Shown here: positions 1 through 7,106 of the stretch, piece after piece
Layout: every line of letters begins with the position of its first letter
Position numbering within the stretch: the stretch's first letter is position 1
Assembly (NCBI GenBank): GCA_964201885.1
Contig: CAXNGG010000001.1
Span: forward strand, 1 to 27,781
DNA length: 27,781 nucleotides
Origin: Oligoflexales bacterium
Lineage (GTDB): Bacteria; Bdellovibrionota_B; Oligoflexia; Oligoflexales; CAIMVM01
Reading direction: 5' to 3'
The notes under the pieces: generated by a model
Databases searched by the model: none
Told to the model about the DNA's origin: nothing
Seen by the model: only the letters and a program-made list of their open reading frames with translations
Translations under genes and position numbers: made by a program

Positions 1-1
1 G

Positions 2-190
2 ACCCGTGAAATGCTCCAAACTGCCCTTAAGCTTTCTGATCGCAAATCATTCCGCGATCGCTATCTCAAACCTGCCTTAGATGGAGGCTTTATAGAGATG
101 ACTATCCAAAACACGCCCAATAGCCGCTTACAGAAATATAGATTAACTAACAAGACGCGTGAGTGGCTGCAGCAAAACAAAAGAAATTAG
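2..190 (+). CDS. 3' end of a gene with a Fic-like C-terminal winged-HTH domain (partial; Fic or AlbA/ATP-binding type protein)
   Basis: Manual translation of frame +2: TREMLQTALKLSDRKSFRDRYLKPALDGGFIEMTIQNTPNSRLQKYRLTNKTREWLQQNKRN*. It matches the recognisable 'LxLxDRKSFRxRYLxPAL..G.IEMT.P..PNSRLQKYRLT' tail. Stop TAG at 188-190. Confidence 0.75.
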   Translation, partial: TREMLQTALKLSDRKSFRDRYLKPALDGGFIEMTIQNTPNSRLQKYRLTNKTREWLQQNKRN

Positions 191-299
191 CGCCATGCAC
201 CCAATATCCACTAGCCTATCACTTAAACGTTGCAGCAGAATATTTTCCAACATTCTCAGCAAAAACCTTGATAAAGATCTATCCAGGATCCATTTACAT

Positions 300-947
300 C
301 TAGCGACCTTCTAAAATTTGCCTAAGGGATTCGCTACATTGGCTTTCAAAAGTAAAGTCTCCCAGGTTCTGCGCTTGCCCTTGCCTATCAAGACAAACCA
401 ATCTGGAGGCTGTCGATGAAGCAGGTCGACCACAAAAGCAGCGTCCGTTTTGCTTAAGCTGCGCTCTTGCGTCATTGCACTGAGACTCAAATGTAGACTC
501 GAGGATGACGTTTCCGATTCTACCATCTCTTAGCACTACCAACTCTGTATTATTGGATCTTGAAGACCGACGGCAAAAGGTATCAACAACTCTGTCTTGA
601 CCGCGAGGGCGATTTCCACCGGAAGCTAAATCAATATAAGGCCCCTCACAATTCACTCTGGACCTTGCAAAAATCCTATCAGCCAAATCCAAACACTGAT
701 TGTAGGTTGTCTGTCTACACTGAAAGGAGGCGTCCCTGGCATCTTGAGCTAAAATCAAACTTTTAAATTCATCCCTCAGCCCTTCACCATCGTCAATGAG
801 CACTGTGCAAGAAAACAACTGATCTCGGTTCCCTCTTTCTGTCGGTGACGCACTTGCTTTGTCCGATTGCACAAAGAGAGAAAGGCCTAAAAGAAAGCTG
901 GCCATGGGTGCCAAAAAACGTGACAGACTAGCGCTTTGGATTCTCAT
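300..947 (-). CDS. Secreted Cys-rich hypothetical protein (215 aa) with an internal repeat
   Basis: SD AAGGAG just upstream of the ATG. Sec-type signal (MRIQSASLSRFLAPMASFLLGLSLFVQSDKASA). Two TFESQC motifs in the C-terminal third. Confidence 0.8.
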   Translation of the reverse strand: MRIQSASLSRFLAPMASFLLGLSLFVQSDKASASPTERGNRDQLFSCTVLIDDGEGLRDEFKSLILAQDARDASFQCRQTTYNQCLDLADRIFARSRVNCEGPYIDLASGGNRPRGQDRVVDTFCRRSSRSNNTELVVLRDGRIGNVILESTFESQCNDARAQLKQNGRCFCGRPASSTASRLVCLDRQGQAQNLGDFTFESQCSESLRQILEGR

Positions 948-1275
948 TGAAATCTCCTTTTGGGTTCATTAGATAGGTTACTCCCTACGGCCATATAGTT
1001 TGCAAGTTCTAAGCCAATTATTTTTAAGGACATACCGCGCCAAATTGTAACGAATGGACCTAAAACCGATGAAATTGCGAAGCTTCGGACCATGGAGGCA
1101 AAACCGACATAAGATAAATTCTACTTTTTTTGGACATGCTGGTATCAAATTGTGACCACACTTAAACCTAACTTTTCTGGGATATTTCTTTATTCAGTCC
1201 GCCAGTAAAAACTTGCCATTATTTAATTTGGATTTCCCTTTTTAAATACCCAGAGATTACTTTCAAATGAGGCCC

Positions 1276-1642
1276 AGTTGCTAAGAAAATCAACGCCTTT
1301 TTTGACATAACCCCCTCACCCCGCTCTGTTGAAAATTGCTGCATCTGGGAGTCCTTGCAGCAATTTTAGGTGAAAGAATGCTGAAGTTGTTTGTTTTTCG
1401 GATTTTTAGGAAGTTTTTCTTCGCTTAGGCCAGCCTATCATTAGATTTAGGCAAAGCTTTGCCTTAACCAAGGATGTCAACCATCAATAGTGGACATGCT
1501 TTCCAATAGATCTCCTCTGTAGTCAAACTCAAATGGCTCCTCTTGATACCGGGGTGGAGCACTGGCTCGGGGTTTATGCTCCATGCCATAGATCTTAGTA
1601 CTTGCCATCGATTTGGCTCCTTTTAAAGTCGGTTAATGGCCT
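1276..1642 (-). mobile_element. Copy 1 of a ~365-bp repeated element; probable 3'/oriIS end fragment of an IS91/ISCR-like element (non-autonomous)
   Basis: Direct repeat of 3899-4258: 9 substitutions plus a divergent hairpin loop, counted by eye. On the minus strand it carries a 43-codon frame with a RASAPP...FEFD tail, a 12-bp-stem hairpin (1332-1367) and the terminus AAAAAAGGCGTTGATTTTCTTA. The repeat is certain; the family call is from recalled motifs. Confidence 0.6.
1477..1608 (-). pseudogene. 43-aa frame in repeat copy 1; likely C-terminal remnant of an IS91-family (HUH/Y2) transposase
   Basis: MASTKIYGMEHKPRASAPPRYQEEPFEFDYRGDLLESMSTIDG*. It resembles the '...PxRAPP....FxFD' tails of IS91-like transposases. 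Confidence 0.5.
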
Positions 1643-1648
1643 GCAAAA
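1633..1648 (+). repeat. 16-bp direct repeat, first copy (TTAATGGCCTGCAAAA)
   Basis: Recurs with a 1-nt insertion at 3574-3590 (TTAACTGGCCTGCAAAA). The pair brackets the S8 gene. Confidence 0.6.
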
Positions 1649-2064
1649 TGAAATCATAAGAGGGCATTTCCATCGAGTGGAGAACTCATTAAAAAGATGA
1701 AGATACATTTATCAACAATTGCCATTAGCGGTTTGCTGAAGATTCTATTATAAATCACTAACTACTGGCGAATGCTTCAGACCTCGTCGGAAACCTTAGC
1801 TATCGATTGCGAGGCTGATAAAGTAGCAAAGATGTGTACTTTTAAGAGTTCAAACATCATGGATGCTGATTGGACGGAATTTATACAGTGTCAAGACCCC
1901 AAAAAGAGGTTCCGTCATTTTGAAAGGAAGGGTCTTGGCAAAGAACAGGTCTCGATAGTCCATAGCGTTAGTTGCTGAAATTATTGGATAATAATTACAC
2001 AGGTTGCGGACTCATTTCTTTTTAAAGTGAACCGATACTGTTAGATATAGTTTCGTCCCACTTT

Positions 2065-3528
2065 TTGAGGTGTATCCTGCATTACCAAATATTCATAGTT
2101 TCATCTCTATGTTTCTTGAGCTTCGCTTGTAAGGACAATAGGATCAATAAAAGGACAATAGGCAATGATAAGGTGTCTTCTAGGGATCAATCTCCCCCGG
2201 AGGTAAACAAGAAATTCAGAGTGGCCGTTATAGACGATGGATTTGATACGTCCCTCCCTGTATTAAAAGACAAGATTATAGCCAAATTGACAGTTAAGTG
2301 TGATGAAAAGGTTGATCCAGCGGCAAACGTCAAAGCTGCTTCGAGCACCCAACAAGACTATGATCAGATTAAAAAGGATTTGATCGCATCTCTCCAGAAT
2401 CCAGACCCAATGGTTTGCCAGTTTGTAGAAATGCCAAGTTTGGTGAAAAGTCCCGCCTTCCAAGAAATCAGTATTTACCGAGAAGAATGGAATAGCAGGT
2501 ACCCCAAAAGACTATTTGAACCAGCTGGCCCCGAAGTGCCACAATCTGTGTCATCTAATACAGCTGCTAGCAAGGCAAATTCTGAAGCACCTGTAATCGA
2601 TAGAGCTAAGTTTGATCGGATAGATGACGTACTTAGCGGAGAAGGAAAATACATTTATCATGGTACTAATGTGGCTAGTCTGATCGCATATAAGAATGAT
2701 AATGTGGAACTCGTCCTGATTCAGATTGATTTGGCTAGAGGATATGAGCCCGAAGACGGTCAGCTAAAGTGTTTAACTCAATCTGAAATCGATCGAGATA
2801 TAAAACTCTACTCTGATCCTGATGTCCTGCGTGCCAATCGCGAGTCGCCACTAAGTCCAGACGACAAGGTTGTCGATAATTTATTTGTCAAGTATAACAT
2901 TGATTTCAGCAATCAAAGCTTTGGAGGTCCTCCGACCAAAATCATGGAAGACATTTATGTCAAAAATGGCTGTTCTCCTATAAGTTTAGGGAACTATAAG
3001 CGCGTTATGCATGAGTTTGATAGTCAGCGAGAAATTTCCATAAGAGAACGAGGTTTGACAAAAGACAAATCCCTTACCATCAGTGCTTTTGGAAATGATG
3101 CTGCTGCGATTAACACGCCTGCTGATGGTGAGGAATGTTCTAAGGTATTTACGATAAACGTAGGTGCTATAGATTCAAAAGATAAGCCGGCAGTTTTCAC
3201 AAATACAGGTAAATGTTCTGATGTTATGGCTCCTGGAGTTGGAATTATTGTGAGCGCACCTGACAATTTTGTACATGCAGCAGATGGCACAAGTTTCAGT
3301 AGCCCGTTATTTGTAAGACACCTTACCCAAACCCTCAAACCTCAATCAAACTATAAAGATCTCTACAAAAAGCTTAAAGGCTCGAATCAAGTCATAAGTT
3401 CAAGTCAAATTCCAACAGAACTATTAGATAAATCTCGAGAGCAATTGGGAGGTCTTTCTCTAACAGATAGAGTGGGCCTTACGAGTCGACCATTTTTGAA
3501 ACATCATCTGCCTTCAAACCTCAGATAG
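2065..3528 (+). CDS. Subtilisin-like S8 serine peptidase, lipoprotein
   Basis: Catalytic motifs VAVIDDGFD (Asp57), HGTNVASLI (His199), SAFGND (oxyanion Asn) and GTSFSSP (Ser). Lipobox SFAC at Cys22. TTG start. Confidence 0.9.
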   Translation: MRCILHYQIFIVSSLCFLSFACKDNRINKRTIGNDKVSSRDQSPPEVNKKFRVAVIDDGFDTSLPVLKDKIIAKLTVKCDEKVDPAANVKAASSTQQDYDQIKKDLIASLQNPDPMVCQFVEMPSLVKSPAFQEISIYREEWNSRYPKRLFEPAGPEVPQSVSSNTAASKANSEAPVIDRAKFDRIDDVLSGEGKYIYHGTNVASLIAYKNDNVELVLIQIDLARGYEPEDGQLKCLTQSEIDRDIKLYSDPDVLRANRESPLSPDDKVVDNLFVKYNIDFSNQSFGGPPTKIMEDIYVKNGCSPISLGNYKRVMHEFDSQREISIRERGLTKDKSLTISAFGNDAAAINTPADGEECSKVFTINVGAIDSKDKPAVFTNTGKCSDVMAPGVGIIVSAPDNFVHAADGTSFSSPLFVRHLTQTLKPQSNYKDLYKKLKGSNQVISSSQIPTELLDKSREQLGGLSLTDRVGLTSRPFLKHHLPSNLR

Positions 3529-3573
3529 AACTCAAAATCTAAGTTCAGTCGCTAAAGTCTAAATAGGCGTTCC

Positions 3574-3590
3574 TTAACTGGCCTGCAAAA
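3574..3590 (+). repeat. 16/17-bp direct repeat, second copy
   Basis: TTAACTGGCCTGCAAAA versus TTAATGGCCTGCAAAA at 1633-1648. Confidence 0.6.
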
Positions 3591-3796
3591 CAGACAACTC
3601 CAGTTTACTTCGGGACCAAGTCGCTGCGAATCGGCATCCTTAAATTAACATGGAGCGAATCCATGCGGACAGAGGTTTTATCAATGCAAGTTCATAGTGG
3701 ATATATTTCCGCAACTAAATTGACTTCTTCACCAACTTTAATAAGCTATATTAGCTATGAGTTTGGCAAACACACAACCTTGCATGGGGTAGGCAA

Positions 3797-3907
3797 ATGA
3801 TTAACAGACGAAACATCGCTTTATTGACTGCCTTTACAGCCTTAGCCGCCTGCGCTTCGCGTCAATACAAGGATTCAAATACTATGTACTCGAGTACGAG
3901 TTGGTAA
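3797..3907 (+). pseudogene. 5' fragment of a lipoprotein gene truncated at the repeat copy 2 boundary
   Basis: MINRRNIALLTAFTALAACASRQYKDSNTMYSSTSW*: a textbook SPII signal with an LAAC lipobox. The stop TAA (3905-3907) lies inside the element that begins at 3899. Confidence 0.7.
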
Positions 3908-4258
3908 GAAAATCAACGCCTTTTTTGACAGAACCCCCTCACCCCGCTCTGTTAAAAATTGCAGCACCTCTAATTGCAATTTTAGGTGAAAGAATGCTGA
4001 AGTTGTTTGTTTTTCGGATTTTTAGGAAGTTTTTCTTCGCTTAGGCCAGCCTATCATTAGATTTAGTCAAAGCTTTGCCTTAACCAAGAATGTCAGCCAT
4101 CAATAGTGGACATGCTTTCCAATAGATCTCCTCTGTAGTCGAACTCAAATGGCTGCTCTTGATACCGGGGTGGAGCGCTGGCTCGGGGTTTATGCTCCAT
4201 GCCATAGATCTTAGTACTTGCCATCGATTTGGCTCCTTTTAAAGTCGGTTAATGGCCT
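3899..4258 (-). mobile_element. Copy 2 of the ~365-bp repeated element (probable IS91/ISCR-like end fragment)
   Basis: Direct repeat of 1276-1642 with the same two boundaries. Hairpin AAAATTGCA-N11-TGCAATTTT at 3955-3983. Confidence 0.6.
4093..4224 (-). pseudogene. 43-aa frame in repeat copy 2 (transposase C-terminal remnant)
   Basis: MASTKIYGMEHKPRASAPPRYQEQPFEFDYRGDLLESMSTIDG*. It differs from copy 1 by 3 synonymous changes and 1 E/Q change. Confidence 0.5.
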
Positions 4259-4544
4259 CTTTGAAAGGATTTTATTTTCCTGGCCTGAATCTATAGACGT
4301 CAGTAAATGCCCAGACTTTCGGTCCGGCCAACTCACTCGAAGCAAGATCTTCACTTCAAACATAGGAACTACCAACATCGCTGGCATTAGTTAGATTCGC
4401 CGAATTTTTAGTAAAGTTTCTGGAAACTTGGGCGATCGCTTTTTTTCCATATCGCCATTTCTTCAAAAGTTTACGGTGCGCGCAGGAAACTAGAATATTA
4501 TGCGCTCAGGCGGAGCGCTTGCGCTAAGATTTTCCCCACTCGTT

Positions 4545-4702
4545 TCAGAGATCCCATGCACTTTGAAGGTTCATCCAAAACTCTGGGGTGTTGTCGAAAA
4601 CGTCAGCACTCCGCATGGCCATCAACGGACTGATGGCTCGATTTCCTTTGCAAATTTCGTTGATGGAGCGAGGGCCACTCCAATTTTTTGAGCGAGTTTC
4701 AT
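4545..4702 (-). pseudogene. higA: HigA-family (HTH XRE) antitoxin remnant, frameshifted
   Basis: MKLAQKIGVA, then after a 1-nt frameshift (P)RSINEICKGNRAISPLMAMRSADVFDNTPEFWMNLQSAWDL*. This matches the HigA 'INEI.KG.R.I(S/T)P.MA.RL...F.TTPEFW.NLQ..YDL' pattern. Early TGA stop and no N-terminal HPGE segment. Confidence 0.75.
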
Positions 4703-5001
4703 GCCAAACTTACAAAAAAGGAAGCTGATCAGAATGATTTTGCAAAAATCTGATCAAGCTTTGTTTTAAGCTCTAAAAAAGCATTTTTAGTCTAAATCCT
4801 ATTCGAATGCTTTTCGAAGCAAAAAAAAGAGTCCCACAGCGGTGTTTTCATAAGTATCGGCAGTCCTTGTTAGTTTTGGTCACGCTAATCATTAACAAGA
4901 ACTGCTCCTCTGCGACAACTTGTCATTACCCCAAAATACACACAAATCCTGAGGGAAGTCATTTCTGTATTTTAATTTGAAAGGTGTGGATTCTCAATCT
5001 A

Positions 5002-5370
5002 CTAGCGACCGAAATTTCGGCCAAGATTAACGCAGGTGTAAACATTGTAGTCATCAGTTGTGTTAGGAATTTTACATGCTTTTCTGAGGTCTACAGTGTC
5101 AGAAGAACATCTTGGAGCGCTGCAACTAAATTCACATGATTGACATCCACCGCTACGATCCACATAGGAGAATACCCACGCATAATTACCGCCGCCCCTG
5201 GGTGGCTGGCGGGTCACATGGTCCGACGAACTCTCGTCAGCTAAAACATCAGAGATAGTTGTTGCAGCTTGATTGTAGCTGTCATCAGACACCTCAACTC
5301 CCTGTTGAGCAAATGCTGCTTTAGATGCGAAGAGCACAAATAAAAAACCAATTAGACGACCTGTTCTCAT
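5002..5370 (-). CDS. Small secreted Cys-rich protein (122 aa; start re-assigned to ATG 5370)
   Basis: Strong SD AAGGAGG 5 nt before ATG 5370. Signal MRTGRLIGFLFVLFASKAAFA, an acidic segment, then a 6-Cys C-terminal domain. Confidence 0.8.
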   Translation of the reverse strand: MRTGRLIGFLFVLFASKAAFAQQGVEVSDDSYNQAATTISDVLADESSSDHVTRQPPRGGGNYAWVFSYVDRSGGCQSCEFSCSAPRCSSDTVDLRKACKIPNTTDDYNVYTCVNLGRNFGR

Positions 5371-5465
5371 AAAAACCTCCTTAAGATGATTGTCTGCATA
5401 GCAAACATTGCCATACTTCGCGTTTATATGCCTCATATCCACCACTGTCAAGTGCGTCAAAATGT

Positions 5466-5480
5466 GCTAAGTAACTTAGC
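5466..5480. promoter_or_regulatory. Palindrome GCTAAGT-A-ACTTAGC upstream of the 5370 gene; possible operator
   Basis: Perfect 7-bp arms around a 1-nt centre. Function not shown. Confidence 0.3.
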
Positions 5481-5497
5481 GTAGGATTCTAGTCAGT

Positions 5498-5533
5498 CTA
5501 AAAGTAGACCTAAAAGCAGACCTAAAAGCAGAT
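5498..5533 (+). repeat. Tandem repeat, 3 x 12 bp (CTAAAAG(T/C)AGA(C/T))
   Basis: ctaaaagtagac ctaaaagcagac ctaaaagcagat. Confidence 0.85.
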
Positions 5534-6124
5534 CAAAGAAAAATCTCAAAACCCATCTTTTCTCTATTCTTGCAAGTTTCTGCAGTAGGATTTCAGCTTC
5601 CATTTGCGTGATGCCAACAATAGCGATTACCGAAAAAAAGTAGACTTATAGAATTAAAGCAAACTATTTTTAGTTCCCTTTATCGATCCTAAATGCACTG
5701 CAGACCCTGATTTAGACTGGTTCTAAAGGCACCCCATCTGCGACGAGACGTACATTTTGTAAAAATAATAGTACGTCAAACTCACTCCTTTCTTCCGTTG
5801 AGAGATCCGGTTAAGTAGTTATGGATATATCTTAAGAGACGAGAAGAGTAGAGTCATGGCCCGGCAAGGAACCTTGAGACATGGCTGTTGATGGGATCAT
5901 AGACTCTAGTCAAATCAAAAGCTAAAAAGGAATAGAAGTTTTCTCCTTTCTAGATATCGAAAATTCTGATACTTTTGTGCTAAATGAATAGTTTTCTCTC
6001 AGCTCCTTGAAAAGCTGAAACAAATTCCTTAGCTGCGAATTATTGAGACTTTTTGACGGGGTAGAGTTAAACTCCTGGGGCTTTTGACTTTGGGTCAGGA
6101 CTTCTCGCGATAAAGGATCTCTAA

Positions 6125-7006
6125 ATGTCTAAAATTTTTTTGATTGGCGGCACCGGACTTGTAGGCACTAGATTACAAAAAAGACTTTTAGAGAATGGCC
6201 ATGTGATCACTGTCTACATGCGAAACCGCATAAAGATAGAAGCTCAGCCCGAGGGCATGACCTTGACAAACAAAATCGACCAAGATTCCTTGGCCCGCCA
6301 CGATGTGGTGATCAATCTTGCAGGGGCAGGGATTTTTGACCATGCTTGGACGAAATCGCGGAAAAAAGAATTGATTCATTCAAGGGTAACGTTGACTCAG
6401 AATCTAACTCAAGCGCTAAACCTTCTTCAAGAATCCATTCGCCCCAAACTCCTGATTCAAATTTCTGCCGTGGGCTACTATGGGACCTCTTGGACAAAAT
6501 CCTTTACCGAAGAAAGCCCAGCTGGTGATGATTTTCTAGCGAATCTTTGTAAAGACTGGGAACAAGCTGCCAAAACTTTTCAGGGGCAGGTTTCTATAGC
6601 TCGGCTCGGCATCGTTTTATCCCGGGACGGTGGGATGTTGAAAAAAATTCAACCTTTGTTCCGCTGTCTATTAGGAGGGAACTTAGATTCGGGAAAGCAG
6701 TGGATTTCCTGGATTCACATCGATGATGCCGTCGACATCTTAGTCTATTTGTTAACTGCCGACCCACAAACCTACAATGTGGTCGCCCCCCAAACGGTGA
6801 GACAAGAAGCGTTTGCCAAGACACTTGGTAACGTGATGGGGCGACCTAGTTTTGTTCCTACTTCGGGAATGATACTAAGACTATTCCTAGGGGAGCGGGC
6901 CCATTACCTCATTACCGGGCAAAAGGTATTGCCTCAGAAGCTTCTAGAAAAGGGTTATCCTTTTAAATATTGGAACTTAAAGGACGCTCTCAGTGCGCTC
7001 TTGTAA
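6125..7006 (+). CDS. TIGR01777 family NAD-dependent epimerase/oxidoreductase (YfcH-like)
   Basis: IGGTGLVG Rossmann motif, VINLAGAGI, SRVTLT, ISAVGYYG, RLGIVLS.DGGML, SWIHIDD and QKVLPQKL. Confidence 0.95.
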   Translation: MSKIFLIGGTGLVGTRLQKRLLENGHVITVYMRNRIKIEAQPEGMTLTNKIDQDSLARHDVVINLAGAGIFDHAWTKSRKKELIHSRVTLTQNLTQALNLLQESIRPKLLIQISAVGYYGTSWTKSFTEESPAGDDFLANLCKDWEQAAKTFQGQVSIARLGIVLSRDGGMLKKIQPLFRCLLGGNLDSGKQWISWIHIDDAVDILVYLLTADPQTYNVVAPQTVRQEAFAKTLGNVMGRPSFVPTSGMILRLFLGERAHYLITGQKVLPQKLLEKGYPFKYWNLKDALSALL

Positions 7007-7012
7007 TCGGAT

Positions 7013-7060
7013 TCTAAGAAAGCGCTCTAAAAAAGTGCTCTAAGAAAGCGCTCTAAGAAA
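7013..7060 (+). repeat. Tandem repeat, ~3.7 x 13 bp (TCTAAGAAAGCGC)
   Basis: tctaagaaagcgc tctaaaaaagtgc tctaagaaagcgc tctaagaaa, in the gap between two convergent genes. Confidence 0.85.
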
Positions 7061-7106
7061 CGTCCACAAAGCATTATTAGCGACTCCGAAGGTCTAAAAG
7101 TTTCCA

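Noticed and set aside
1697..1978. Signal-like MKIHLSTIAISGLLKILL* (from 1697) and the 68-aa ORF 1772..1978 as a gene
   Set aside because: No SD or family motif. It may be a degraded secreted-protein gene, but I cannot support that.
1276..4258. The repeats as a CRISPR array or as terminal inverted repeats of a DDE composite transposon
   Set aside because: There are only two long direct copies, no spacer periodicity, no cas genes, no inverted termini and no target-site duplication seen.
4500..4691. 63-aa plus-strand ORF
   Set aside because: Antisense shadow of the higA remnant.
4808..4830. GCTT-TTCG-AAGC hairpin with an A8 tract as a terminator
   Set aside because: The T-tract does not follow the stem on either strand.
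5640..6120. Known RNA gene (tRNA, SRP, 6S, tmRNA, c-di-GMP riboswitch) in the long intergenic gap
   Set aside because: I recognised no diagnostic consensus; it is kept only as an unassigned structured-region finding.
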